In this document: piece after piece, positions 1 through 12,903 of the stretch
How positions within the stretch are numbered: position 1 is the first letter of the stretch
How the letters are laid out: every line of letters starts with the position of its first letter
Made by a program: the position numbers and the translations under genes
Assembly: GCF_035594765.1 (NCBI RefSeq)
Contig: NC_085842.1
Span: forward strand, 169,149,036 to 169,213,035
DNA from: Anolis carolinensis
Lineage: Eukaryota
Direction: 5' to 3'
Length of the DNA stretch: 64,000 nucleotides
Notes under the pieces: generated by a model
Database searches by the model: none
What the model was told of the DNA's origin: nothing
The model's input: only the letters and a program-made list of their open reading frames with translations

Positions 1-203
1 CTCCATGTTAAAGATAACATAAGAGTGGTAGTCTCTAAAGTGTAGCAGACTGAGAAAGTTGAACAAACAAATCAAGGTTGCTCCAAAGTTACCACATTTG
101 TTCTGACATCTCATCACCTCAGTCAAACATATTGAGGAGGGAGTTGTAGGTTTTCAGTGCAGACAAAAGAGCCACTCTCTACAGGAATGTGTGGTTCTCC
201 AGA

Positions 204-204
204 T

Positions 205-235
<31 letters not shown>

Positions 236-420
236 CAGCATTTATATTCCGCCCTTCTCACCCCGAAGGGGACTCAGGGCGGATCACATTGCACACATAA
301 AGGCAAACATTCAATGCCATAACATAGAACAGAGACAAGACGCAGGCACAAACTCATGAACTCATGGTCAGAGTGATTTGTTGCAGCTGGCTTGCTTTCC
401 AGCCTGCGCCACAGCAGATG
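204..420 (-). mobile_element. tRNA-derived SINE with L2-type tail (Anolis SINE2-like)
   Basis: Same family as 33663-33905; (TTTA)n tail. Confidence 0.7.
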
Positions 421-533
421 TTGGGCTGCAGATCTCATCAGCCTTTACCCATGTAGTCCTATTGTGGGACCCGCAGTTCTAGAGTATTTGGATGCATGGC
501 CACGTTTGGCTCAAACCTTTGGACCAGGCTACA

Positions 534-642
534 TAAAGGTAAAGGTTTCCCCTGATGTTAAGTCCAGTCATGTCTGACTCTGGGGGCTGGTGCTCATCTC
601 CATTTCTAAGCCCAAGAGCCGGCGTTGTCCGTAGACACCTCC
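534..642 (-). mobile_element. 5'-truncated Sauria SINE flanked by a 71-bp direct repeat
   Basis: AAAGGTAAAGGT tail; duplication at 461-531 and 643-713. Confidence 0.85.
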
Positions 643-2148
643 ATTGTGGGACCCGCAGTTCTAGAGTATTTGGATGCATGGCCACATTTGGCTCAAACCT
701 TTGGACCAGGCTATACTAAGAAAGAAATGCCTGGCTCAAAGAGGTGTCACGGTTGGGTATCTGCAAGGATGAGCTGAGTGACAGGGCTGAGACATTCACA
801 ATATGCCTGGAGCACAGGATTGCTCTCATTTTGCATACTCTGCTTTTGGTCAAAGCAAGATGGAGAAAGTGACTTGTCCTAACTCTTCCCTCCAAAAATA
901 ATTGGTTGGAGCACTGATGGAAATATAGTGTCAGTTAGCACAAAATATTTGCAGTTTGAGAAGAGTGTTTTTAAGCCCCCTGGAAGCCCAGGCATGTTAG
1001 GACACAGACCAGGAAAGCCAGAGAATGAAAGTTATGCAGCCCAGTCCTCCTCTATTTCGCTCTGTATCCTCATATCCAAAGGGGAGAGAAAGAGGAGGAA
1101 AATGGTATGCTGAATCAGGTCCAGAATGCAAGTTGTCGAAGCTTGGGCTGAATAATGGAGACTGAACCTGGGAATTGTTGGGGATCCCCTTTTCTTTGTT
1201 TACCTCATCACTCAACCAGAAACTCAGAATCTTGCTTGGCTTTGGTGTATTTGGGCTCTTCACATCAATCAACACAACTGTTATCAATGCTGAGGAAATA
1301 TGCATGCTGTTATCACGCAATTCTGGGCTTGGAGCATCTCCAACTCAGCTCTACTCAAGTTTCTCCCTGTATGGCTTCAAACATGACAGCACTTGGTAAA
1401 TGGACAGAAGATTGCTCTGCTGAAGTTAGCTCCTTGCATGTTAGAATGATACCTTAAAACTGCACCAAAAATAAAGGGGACTTAAGGGGAAGATGGATCT
1501 TTGACGGCAATGAATATTGGATCCAGAGAGCTCATCTGGTCTACCGCAGTATTTTACTCATATAAGAAAAATATATATCAATCACAATACATAGAAAGAA
1601 CTATTTATTCCCTGAGCAGCATCAGCCCTCAAACAGAAATTCAGTTACTTTTCTCACTTCTTATTCCTCAAGCAGGGCAATATCTACCTCCTTGAAACTG
1701 ACAGCATCATATCTCTCCAACTGTGCAAGACACAGGATGGAGGCAAAAAGCTTCACTCCTACAGCAAAGACTGAAAGTATTACTATATATCCAAATCCTC
1801 AACTCGGTTTGATTCTGAGTGTTTTTGAAGGAAGATTCTGGAAGTCAACATTTAAAATATTATTTTTTCTGAGCTCAGTCCTAAAGACCCAGAGAGAGAC
1901 TGTCCAGCCCTATAGCAAAGGAGAAGCATCAACACAATAATACCACACTTCTCTAGTCCAAAATAGCGAGAGAGATTGAGATCGCACACAAACCAGCTGG
2001 ACAATATGACATTAATAACAACTACTGATGTTATTCTGTATTGTTTTGATATATTTGTATGTGTTGATTATGGCATTGAATGTTTGCCTTTTTTGTATGT
2101 AAATTGCCATGTTCATTCGGGGAAAGAGGGCGGTCAATAAATAAAGTA

Positions 2149-2192
<44 letters not shown>

Positions 2193-2195
<3 letters not shown>

Positions 2196-2890
2196 ACACA
2201 GCAAACAAGATAGATATGCTGAATTTCGTATCACAAAATCACAAGTCGAACACTTCCCAAGTGTCTAGGACTGTGTGATGTATTTTCGGATGATGCGTGC
2301 AGATCCCAGTAGGGTGGCCTTTTGCAGTTGGCAGATCGTGATTTTGTCAATGTCTATTGTTTCCAAATGCCGGCTGAGATCTTTTGGCACAGCACCCAAT
2401 GTGCCGATCAACACCGGGGCCACCTGCACTGGTTTCTGCCAGAGTCTTTGAATTTCAATCTTGAGGTCCTGAGTTTTTCCTGTTGTTTTTTGTCAATGCA
2501 ACTGTCACCTGGGATGGCAACATCAATGATCCAAACCTTTTTCTTTTCCACAACTGTGATGTCTGGTGTGTTGTGTTCCAGAACTTTGTCAGTCTGGATT
2601 CGGAAGTCCCACAGTATCTTTGTGTGCTCATTTTCCAATACTTTTGCAAGTTTGTGATCCCACCAGTTCTTTGCTGCTGGCAGGTGGTACTTGAGGCATA
2701 AGTTCCAATGAATCATTTGGGCCACATAGTTGTGCCTCTGTTTGTAGTCTGTCTGTGCAATTTTCTTACAGCAGCTGAGGATATGATCCATGGTTTCGTC
2801 AGTTTCCTTGCACAGTCTGTATTTTGGGTCATCAGCTGATTTTTCGATCTTGGCCTTAATTGCATTTGTTCTGATGGCTTGCTCCTGAGC

Positions 2891-2892
<2 letters not shown>
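2193..2892 (-). mobile_element. R4/Dong-like non-LTR retrotransposon 3' fragment (CCHC + REL endonuclease)
   Basis: HILSCC..RHN..WDF..PDI..IIDVAIP motifs; (TTA)n on both sides. Confidence 0.8.
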
Positions 2893-2932
<40 letters not shown>

Positions 2933-2944
2933 GCATTAGCCTGA

Positions 2945-3608
2945 CTGAAAAAGCCCCTCTCGGCTTATACTCGGGTGAGGGTCCTCGTTGGCTTATATTT
3001 GGTTCAGCTTATACTCAAGAATATATGATACATTTATTATTTTTCTCTATTATTATTTGTATTATTACATTTATTATTTTTCTCTATTATTGTTGGTACT
3101 ATTACATTTATTTTACTCTATTTTATTATTAATAATAAGACATTTATTATTTCACTCTGATATTAATATTATTAAGGGCCCCTGGTGGCTCAGTTTGTTA
3201 AAGCATCTGAGCTGCTGAACTTGTGGACCAAAAGGTGCCAGGTTCAAATCTCGGGAGCGGAATGAGCGCCCGATGTTAGCCCCAGCTCCTGCCAACCTAG
3301 CAGTTCAAAAACATGCAAATGTGAGTAGATCAATAGGTACCACTCCGGTGGGGAGGTAACGGTGCTCCATGCAGTCATGCCGGCCACATGACCTTGGAGG
3401 TGTCTACGGACAACGCCGGCTCTTCGGCTTAGAAATGGAGATGAGCACCAACCCCCAGAGTTGGTCACGACTGGACTTATCGTCCGGGGAAAACCTTTAC
3501 CTTTACCTTTTTATTATTATTATTGCAGTTATTATTTCACTATGATCTTATTATTATTATTGCATGTATTATTTTACTCTATTTATTATTACATGTATTA
3601 TTTTCCTG

Positions 3609-3651
<43 letters not shown>

Positions 3652-3955
3652 ATGTATTATTTTACTCTATTATTATTAAAAGGATACATAAGCACATTTA
3701 CACTGAAGATGAGAATAATGATTTGATCAGAGTTGGACAGTCTTATCTTATATCTTTGAGCTTTATGTAAATATTCAAAAACATTTAACCTACTGATGCC
3801 TCAATTAATGTAATTTTATTGGTATCTATTTTTATTTCTGAAATTTACCACCCTCAGCTTATACTGGAGTCAATGTTCTCCCAGTTCTTTTTTTGTGGTA
3901 AAATTAGGTGCCTCGGCTTATATTTGGGTCAGCTTATACTCGAGTCTAGACGGTA
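2945..3955. mobile_element. Tc1/mariner-like non-autonomous DNA element with nested Sauria SINE (3177-3510) and AT-rich repeats
   Basis: Repeated GGCTTATACTCG subterminal motif; terminus ...GACGG-TA. Confidence 0.55.
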
Positions 3956-3959
3956 TATA

Positions 3960-4665
3960 CAATTGGTGGATTATCCAAAATCAGGGCCTACAACTACTGG
4001 GTGAAATTGAACTCTATGGCAAATGATAGACTACCTAAACTGTGCATGTTAGAGCAGATAGAAAACCAACATCAGACCTCTTGGCTAGTTCAACTGACAA
4101 AATACATTAGGAGTTGTGGACTTCCAATTCTGTATCCAAATCTCAAACAGAAATGCCTAAACACCTCAGGAGGGTATTTATCAGAGCTCGATTTGAGCAA
4201 CTGGATACAATGGTAAAACATGGAAGGTTTAACCAAGTTCCATACAACGAACGATTTTGCATTTGTGGAGCATCAGAGGTGGAGGATATCGCACATGTCC
4301 TGTTTAGCTGTGATTTCATTTGTATAAGAAAGAGAGAGACCAATGCCTTGGGCCATACATTATTCACAAAACACACTGGGACCCATATATTAAAACTACA
4401 TTTTTGTTGGCCAGCCAGAATCCTAAAATAACACACAAAGCAGCCCTTTTCCTATTCAAAGCAACACAGCTGAGAACTGCATATTTGGAATCAATTGGGG
4501 TAAACTGTAAAGGTGATGCAGATATTTGATCTGGATGGGATCTTGTTAACAGCTTGTTTATTTTAACTTCTGTTGTACCGCGGGTCGTATGCTGTATGTA
4601 TGTATGTATGTATGTCTATGTGTTAAATGTTTTGATACGGCCGATGGGCTAATCAATAAAACTTG
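3960..4665 (+). mobile_element. Degenerate LINE ORF2 3' end (clade uncertain)
   Basis: RFCICGASEVEDIAHVLFSC CCHC-type knuckle with frameshifts; 3' AATAAA. Confidence 0.65.
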
Positions 4666-4684
4666 ACTGATTATTAGCCGTCCA

Positions 4685-4687
4685 TCT

Positions 4688-4720
<33 letters not shown>

Positions 4721-5241
4721 AAAGAGTGATGGCATCAGGGCAGCGGACAAAACAACAAAACTACAGGCCCCCCCAACCTCGAAATTTGACAACACAACCC
4801 ATCAACAAAGGTTGATACAACAAAAAGAAAAGAAAAATAAAGTCCTAATTACAGGGAGAGGAATAATAGTTTTTATCTCATTGCTGCCAGTTAGAAGGCT
4901 AAGCTCCGCCCACTTGGTTTCCTAGCAACCTACTCAGCCCAGGGGACAGGCATAGTTAGGCCTCACTTAGGCCTCTTCCACAGATTATCAGATTTTAACT
5001 GGATTATATGGCAGTGTAGACTCAAGGCCCTTCCACACAGGTATATAACCCATTTAGAATCTTATATTATCTGCTTTGAACTGGATTATCTTGACTCCAC
5101 TCTGCCATATAATCCACTTCAGTGTGCATACTAAACATAAAGACTACCATTCAACAGACATTCAATACCACCACTACCTCAACAATTTCTCACCAACACC
5201 ACCAGACAACGCCACAGCAACGCGTGGCTCGGCACAGCTAG
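4685..5241 (+). mobile_element. Non-autonomous Helitron
   Basis: A|TC 5' end, GC-rich subterminal segment and CTAG|T 3' end, no TSD; both ends shared with 19242-21251. Confidence 0.8.
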
Positions 5242-5311
5242 TATCCATATATTCTGCACCCACCAACTCAATCATCGTGGTTTAAAATATATTTTTAATT
5301 CCTACAGCAAT

Positions 5312-5640
5312 GCCCTGGTGACGCAGCGGATTAAACTACTGAGCTGCTGAACTTGCTGACTGAAAGGTCATTGGTTCAAATCTGGGGAACAGGGTGAGCT
5401 CCCACTGTTAGCCCCAGCTTCTGCCAACCTAGCAGTTCGAAATCATGCAAATGTAAGTAGATCAATAGGTACTGCTCCAACGGGAAGGTAACAGCGCTCC
5501 ATGCAGTCATGCCAACCACATGACCTTGGAGGTGTCTACGGACAATGCTGGCTCTTCGGCTTAGAAATGGAGACGAGCACCAACCCCCAGAGTCGTACAC
5601 AACTAGACTTAATATCAAGGGAAAACTTTTACCTTTACTT
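5312..5640 (+). mobile_element. Sauria SINE
   Basis: tRNA-like head, conserved body, ACCTTT tail. Confidence 0.9.
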
Positions 5641-6375
5641 TACAGCAATACCATTTTACAATGCCACTGAATACAATGAAACTTGAATATCCATGGATTT
5701 GTGTATCTACAGGAGGTCTTGCATACCAAGTGCCATCATAATTCTGTTCCGTTTTGCTGAACATATTTTTTGGATACAGCAGCAAGAAAAGGGCTGAACA
5801 TTCCCTACCCCATCCACTACTCCTCTGCTAAGATAATACTTGGCATATGCTTTATTATTTCTAGGCAGCCCAACCTGACCAAAACATCATGACAGTCACT
5901 TCTCAGAGTCCCCATCCCTGCTAGGAAGCCTGGTGGATGCAGCCCAGACTAGCTGCCTTTCCTTCCTTACCAGAGAGAGGCCTCATTAAACAATTGCTGC
6001 TGCTTTTTATTTTTTTGCAGAGAGGAGCTAGAGTGAGAGTGCAAGCCATAAAGCCCAGGCCAGCAGGAAAGCTGGGCTGGTTCCAACCCAGGGGGCTGAG
6101 GGATTTTACTTCAGATACAGCTGTAAATATTTTCTGGGAACTTAAAATCTGGGTCAACAATTTGGGAGATGAGCCCGTGACTCATACCATGAGGCAACTG
6201 GGTGATTCAGTCAAGAGCCCCAAGGAATGGAGGGGGGTGATGAGAAGGAATGAAGGAGGGAGTGCTATCCCTTAATAAGCCCTAGAGAGAGGACTAACTG
6301 ATCAGTTGCCCCATCAGCTGTTCCATACAAACTTAGATCTATACCTTTAAAAACATGTCGTGGTTTATAATAATA

Positions 6376-6424
<49 letters not shown>

Positions 6425-6712
6425 TAAACTTCTGAGCTGCTGAACTTGCTGATTCAAATTTGGGAGCGGGGTGAGCTCCTGCTGTTAGCCCCAGCTTCTG
6501 CCAACATAGCAGTTCAAAAATATGCAAATGTGAGTAGATCAATAGTTACCACTCCGACGGGAAGGTAAAGGCGCTTCATGCAATCATGCCAGCCACATGA
6601 TCTTGGAGGTGTCTATGGACAACGCTGGCTCTTTGGCTTAGAAATGGAGATGAGCACCAACCGCAGAGTCGTCCACAACTAGACTTAATATCAAGGGAAA
6701 ACTTTACCTTTA
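6425..6712 (+). mobile_element. Sauria SINE
   Basis: Family body and tail. Confidence 0.88.
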
Positions 6713-6753
6713 ATAATAATAATAATAATGTATAAATAATAATAATAATAATA

Positions 6754-7540
6754 AACTGCTGGCACAACAAAACATTGCATGGAAAGTTCCTTGACAAAAT
6801 TGAAGGAAAAGCTGATAAGGAGAAGACCTGGCTCACGAATGGGACCCTGAAGAAGGAGACAGAAGGCCTGATCCTTGCAGCCCAGGAGCAAGCCATCAGA
6901 ACAAATGCAATTAAGGCCAAGATCGAAAAATCAGCTGATGACCCAAAATGCAGACTGTGCAAGGAAACCGACGAAACCATTGATCATATCCTCAGCTGCT
7001 GTAAGAAAATCGCATAGACTATAAACAGAGGCACAACTATGTGGCCGAAATGATTCATTGGAACTTATGCCTCAAGTACCACCTCGCTGCAGTAAAAAAC
7101 TAGTGGGATCACAAACCTGCAAAGATCTTGAAAAATGAACACGCAAAGATACTGTGGAAAAGAAAAAGGTTTGGATCATTGATGTCGCCATCCCAGGTGA
7201 CAGTCACATTGACAAAAAACAAGAGGAAAAACTCAGCCGCTATCAGGACCTCAAGATTGAACTTCAAAGACTCTGGCAGAAACCAGTACATGTGGTCCTA
7301 GTGGTGATGGGCACACTGGGTGCCTTGCCAAAAGATCCCAGCCGGCATTTGGAAACAACAGGCATTGACAAAATTAGGATCTGCCAACTGCAGGCCACCT
7401 TACTAGGATCTGCGTGCATCATCCGAAAATACATCACACAGTCCTAGACACTTGGGAAGTGTTCGACTTGTGATGTTGTGATACGAAATCCGGCATATCT
7501 ATCTTGTTTGCTGTGTCATAAAATAAAATAATAATAATAA
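6754..7540 (+). mobile_element. R4/Dong-like retrotransposon 3' fragment
   Basis: LHGKF...AAQEQAI...KCRLCKE..DHILSCC; REL motif; (TAA)n at both ends. Confidence 0.82.
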
Positions 7541-7969
7541 ATTTTATTTATACCCCTTTCCCTCTCACCAATGGGACTCAAGCAACAATACAAAAATAAT
7601 ATAAACAATAAGTAAACAACAATAACAATAAACTGTTATCATTTTGTACAGTTAAAATAACATAAGAATTAATAAATAACAATTTAAAACCTATTTGCCT
7701 TCTAAAAGCCAACCTAAACATATATCACAGTTTAAACCAATCATTCCTACTTATGGGGTATCTCTATGCAATGTTAGAAAGATGATAATTAATTGTTGCT
7801 TAGCTACATCTACATTTTGTCTTTCCTCCACTGTAATTATGACTTTCCTTTTTCTTTTTATCCCTACAAAAACCCTGTGAAGTAGCCCAGTCTGGGAAGA
7901 GAGCACAATGAGATCAAATAGTGAGTTTCATGCCTCAGTGGAGGCCTGAAATTATATATCTCACATAAG

Positions 7970-8172
7970 GATGCATCTACACTGGAATGCTATGGAATCT
8001 GGGATTTGTAGTTTGTAGTTTGGTGAGTCACCAGCATTCTTTAGCAGAGAAACCTAAAAACTGGTAAAAGTAGAATGTATCTATATTATGCTATAGAATC
8101 ATGGGAGTTACCCTGAGCCATGGCAGTTAAAGTGGTGCCAAATTGCATTCATTACACAATATAGGTACATCC
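7970..8172. mobile_element. Palindromic MITE-like repeat (CATCTACACTG termini family)
   Basis: Related copies near 28298-28510, 32450-32636, 32955-33484, 47113-47298 and 61212-61872. Confidence 0.55.
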
Positions 8173-8889
8173 TATAGTTCATAACTATAACGGATTTCAC
8201 TTTAACTGTCATGGGTGTGTCCTATTAAATTTTGGGCTTTCTAGGTTAGGAAGTCACATTTGGAAGTACCAGCTCTAGAACCTCACCAAGATACAAACTC
8301 TAGGATTACATAGGGTGCACCCATGGTAGCTAAAGTGGAATTTAGCACTATGCTTGTGCAGTGTGAAACAGTCTTAACCTATATATCATTAGGAGGCCAG
8401 CCCAATGGCCCAGGCAAGGAACAGACTTGGGAACAGACGGCGGAAGCAGGGCAAAGCAGCCAATTCAGGTAACAGCTTGAAAAATAAACACTGAGTTGGA
8501 GAGGGGGTGGATGACTTTGGAACTACAACTCCATTGCCTCTTGCTATTTGACATGTTGGGTGGAAAAGATGGGGCTGTTTAGATGTTATGAAAGCATACT
8601 TGTTTGAGGACGGCTCCCACTAACTATTTCCAAATACAAAAAGGAAAGATTTTGCAGCTGTAAGTGTCAAGTGACACCATATCTTACCATTGGTAATCCT
8701 GTTCAAGGGCAACGAGACTTGAAGTCCAAAACAGTTAAGGCCACAGGTTCTCCCACTCCTTGGCTCAGCTCAATGCTTTCTGGCATGAAATCCTTGAAAG
8801 CCATGTTTTTAATACAGTCCCTCAAGTCACATTTGGCTAGGAAGTCTCCCATCATTCTTTGCTAAGGTAATCCCAGAGTGAACTTTTAG

Positions 8890-9035
8890 AGCCCTTCCAC
8901 ACAGCCATATAACTCAGAATATCAAGGCAGAAAATCTCACAATATCTGCTTTAAACTGGGTTATCCAGTCCATACTGCCATATATTCCAGTTCAAAGCAG
9001 ATGTGGGATTTTATTCAGCTGTGTGGCAGGGGCCT
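8890..9035. mobile_element. MITE with GCCCTTCCACACAGC terminal inverted repeats
   Basis: Inverted termini; second copy at about 26862-27010. Confidence 0.65.
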
Positions 9036-9087
9036 TAGAGTGGCAGAAGCAGGATGCCATGCTATGACTATTTACTTGTTTCACTAA

Positions 9088-9390
9088 GCCTCCCGTGGCA
9101 CAGTGGGTTAAACTGAGCTGCCGAAAGGCTGGCGGTTTGAATCTGGAGAGCGGAGTGAGCTCATGCTGTTAGCCCCAGCTTCTGCCAACCTAACACTTTG
9201 AAAACATACAAATGTGAGTAGATCAATAGGTATGGCGAGAAGATAGCGGTGCTCCATGCAGTCATGCTGGCCACATGACCTAGGAGGCGTCTACAGATAA
9301 CGCTGGCTCTTCGGCTTAGAAATGGAGATGAGCACCAACCCCCAGAGTCAGACATGACTAGACTTATTGTCAGGGGAAACCTTTACCTAA
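9088..9390 (+). mobile_element. Sauria SINE
   Basis: Family head, body and tail. Confidence 0.88.
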
Positions 9391-10099
9391 GTTTCATTAA
9401 ACTCAGTAGGATTACCCCCCCCCCCCCCCAGGCATAATTGAGCTACAAGGGAAACTTAGCTAGACTTCTACCAAATTATTTATTTTTGTTTCATATGCCA
9501 GATAAAAATAGTGCTTTTTTTAAAAAGAAATGACTGTTCAGTGTACAATGCTCACAAAATGTGCTTGTGTGTGAAAAAAAGAAAGAGGGGAAAAAATGTT
9601 AGGAAGCTACAGTCTGTTCAGGCAAGAGGATAATTCAAACAATAGGTTTGGAGACAACATGCAGATTCTAATTGTAGAAATATTTGCTTATTTTAAATCT
9701 ACTTCCTCTCATTTTTCCTAAATGATTCAACTGGCTGAGTCTGAACCCAAAGAGTAAGCTAATACTATTGTCTTTCAGCTGCTCCCAGTCAAAACCTAAG
9801 GCTTGGCTTACAGCGTCATCTAGTGACATTGTTCAGGTTTTGCAGAAACAAAAATCCCTCTGTGTTAATACTGTATCTTCTTTTCCAAGAGAAGTACAGT
9901 CCTGTATTACAGGTAGGCAGAGAGGTGTGGTACAGACATTTGAGTGTTGGACTAGGGCACTGGGAGGGGATGGAAACCTTCTCTCAGAGATACTCATGGA
10001 GAAACCCTCTCTGAACAAATTCCTCCAAGAAACCCTAGGTTTGCCTTAAAGCTTGTTATGAGTCAGAAATGGCCTGAAGGCGCACAACATCAAAGATCA

Positions 10100-10200
10100 C
10101 GGCAGATTCTGGTCTTGGAAGTTAAGCAGTGTAAACTCTAGTTTGTACTTGGATATGAAATCATCAATAAATACCAGATTCTGTGAGCTATATTTCAGAG
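10100..10200 (+). repeat. Degenerate 5S rRNA-derived repeat head
   Basis: GGAAGTTAAGCAG...GTACTTGGAT resembles the 5S internal control region. Confidence 0.5.
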
Positions 10201-10901
10201 GAGCTTGTGAAATATCACCTTGCCTAAAAATTCCCTTAGGACCTCATCACACTAGTGTTAGAATCCATTTTAAATCCACTTTAGGGAGGGGCTTTTAAAC
10301 AGTTCAACCAGACAGGTTCTGGGCCTCACCAAACCAAAAATCCCAGAATTCTGCAGGAGGCAGAAATTGGATTTAAAGTGGATCCATGCTCAAGTGTAAT
10401 GAGGCCCTATGAAATACATGGGGTTGCAATAGGTTGATACGTGATTTGAAGGCACATAATACATACACACATGTAGATTTAGTCAAGAAAGCCAAAACCT
10501 TGAGTTTGCAAGAAGTGAACAGGCTGTTGATAAAATGTCTCTTATTCATAGGGCCACCACATGTTGATTTGTCAACACCTAAAAGCTGAAGTATTAGTAA
10601 TCTTTTTTGAAGGAGGTTAAATGTATATAATAATCATCCATGCCAGAAAATACGGATAATATGGTTCTCTGATGGCCAAATATATTTATCATCCTTCTCA
10701 ATTGGCTATATTCCCAGGGCTGATGGGAACTGCTGTCCAACAATACCTGGAATAACATTCATTCCCCAACTATAGGACTATAAGACACTCTTCCCAAACT
10801 ATTTTAAACCAGGTATCATTCTATTTTGTTCAGAATTAGCCATTTCTTAACCATCTGCATATATCAAGTCTTAGAACATGGAAAACTGTTTATTCATTTA
10901 A

Positions 10902-11050
10902 GACTGGATCTACAATGCCCAATATCCCAGGATCTGATCTCAGATTATCTACTTTGTACTAGATTATATAAGTCTACACTGACAGACAATCTGGGATAAA
11001 AAGATAATCTGGGATCAGATCTTGGGATATAGGGCAGTGTAGACTCAGCC
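10902..11050. mobile_element. Palindromic MITE
   Basis: Long imperfect inverted repeat (ATATCCCAGGATCTGATC / GATCAGATCTTGGGATAT). Confidence 0.65.
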
Positions 11051-11127
11051 TAAGGGAAGCAGCATTTTAAAAAAACCTTACTGGCAAGAAGCTGTCCTCC
11101 ACACTTCAAGAAGTACTCCTAGATGTT

Positions 11128-11132
<5 letters not shown>

Positions 11133-11158
<26 letters not shown>
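11133..11158. repeat. (GT)n microsatellite
   Basis: Seen directly. Confidence 0.95.
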
Positions 11159-12219
11159 ATAACACAGGACTGGAGAATAGGGAGTTCGCCAGATGTAGAT
11201 GGTTGCAGTTCTCATGATCTCTCTCCACTGTCTAAGCTGGCTGGGGCTGCTGGGAATTGTAGTCCAAAAGCCTCTGGATGCCCATGCATCCTGGGCCTCT
11301 AAAAAGCTGTCCTGTTCTACAATTCTGAGAATCCACAGCATTCTAGAGAGGCACTCTTAGTTTACCCTGAAAATCACATCTGTATCCTTGTCTCCATTGC
11401 AAAGCAGGTTCCACTTGTTCTTGCTCAAATAGAATGCCATTTGGTTCCTCTGACTAATTCTATTCTAAGATGCTGTTGCCCCAATGTAAAGGCTTGGGTT
11501 GTTTGCTCATCTCGGCTAAGCCTCTCAGAAGAAAGATAAGATTGCCCTTTTTAGCTGCAAAGAATTGCTCACTGTTATCACACCCTTTGAGCTAGGTCCT
11601 TCTCACTTCTCATTTTCAAGATGGGCAGTGGAAACGGAGGGAGTTGCCAGCCACCCAGCAAGCCCATGAACCGATCTCAAATTGAAATTTACCCCTTATG
11701 TGGAAATGCATGCATGTTTGTACATAGCCTTCGACATTTCACAAATGAAAACTGGGACACATATGACCAAGCAACATTAGAGGGTAGTCTAAATGGCAAA
11801 TGTTATTCATAAAGATGAACAGACAAGCTAGGAAAGGATGTATCCATTTGCTTTTGCCTGAGCCTATTGGAAAGGGCAAGGTTCAATCCCTCTTTCTTCT
11901 CTCCTACTTTCTGAGTTAATGGAGAGCAATCTATTTTTTTCACTTTGAACTCAGTTTGTAGCAACTGAGGTAAGCTGAGGACAAAGCAGGCAAAGTGGAA
12001 GGAGGAAAAAAACTGGGACATTTTAAAAGCCGCTGAAAAACTGGGGATTTTTTTGGGGACTATTGTGGCCAAATTAGAACAGTTTCAGGATATAGTCTAG
12101 AGCAGGGATGCAAATGTTTCTGGATTGCAATTCTCAGCTTTCCTTACAATCGGTTATGCTAGCTAGTAGCTAGAGTTACTGGGAGTCAGTTCATAACCTG
12201 CTTGGTATCGAGTTTCCCG

Positions 12220-12536
12220 ACCCCCTGGTGGTGCAGTGGGTTAAACCACTGAGCTGTTGAACTTGTTGACCAAAAGGTCAGCAGATGGAATCCAGAGCTC
12301 CCGCTATTAGCCCCAGCTTCTGCCAATCTAGCAGTTCAAAAACATGCAAATGTGAGTAGATCAATAGGTACCGCTCCGACAGGAAGATAAGGGTGCTCCA
12401 TGCAGTCATGTTGGCCACATGACCTAGGAGGTATCTATGGACAACGCCAGCTCTTTGGCTTAGAAATGGAGATGAGCACCAATCTCCAGAGTTGGACACA
12501 AGACTTAATGTCTGGGGAAAACCTTTACCTTTACCT
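12220..12536 (+). mobile_element. Sauria SINE
   Basis: Family head, body and tail. Confidence 0.9.
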
Positions 12537-12639
12537 TATTGAGTTTCCAATTTCTCTTTAGGATGCAAGGTCTGCAATATCTGAAACAATCGTGCCCTTT
12601 AGATTGCTCCTTCTAAATGTTCAAAACACTTGTTTGCAT

Positions 12640-12839
12640 TGGGTTGTTGTGTGTTTTCTGGGCTGTATGGCCATGTTCTGAAGTATTCTCTCCTGACGTT
12701 TCACCCACATCCATGGCAGGTATCCTCAGAGGTTGTGAGGTATACTGTAAACTAGGCAAGTGGGGTTTATATATCTTCTGGAACATGGCCAAACACACAA
12801 TAACCCTGTGATTCTGGCCATGAAAGCCTTCGACAACAC
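12640..12839. mobile_element. Penelope-like element terminal fragment with a hammerhead motif on - (12692-12732)
   Basis: Minus strand reads CCT-CTGAGGA-T-ACCTGC...GTGGGT-GAAAC-GTC-AGG; inverted termini. Confidence 0.75.
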
Positions 12840-12903
12840 CTTGTTTTCATTTTTCCTGTCATAGGGCTTGAAAAGCTTACTTTTTTTGATCCATGGCTTA
12901 GAG

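Noticed and set aside
3177-3260. tRNA-like heads of SINEs as tRNA genes
   Set aside because: A/B boxes only, continuous with the SINE body; no cloverleaf
3461-3770. Hydrophobic poly-Ile/Tyr/Leu ORFs
   Set aside because: Translations of (TTA)n microsatellite
8395-8480. CCAAT/ETS motifs followed by a splice-donor-like CAGGTAAC
   Set aside because: Motifs too short to support an upstream exon without transcript data
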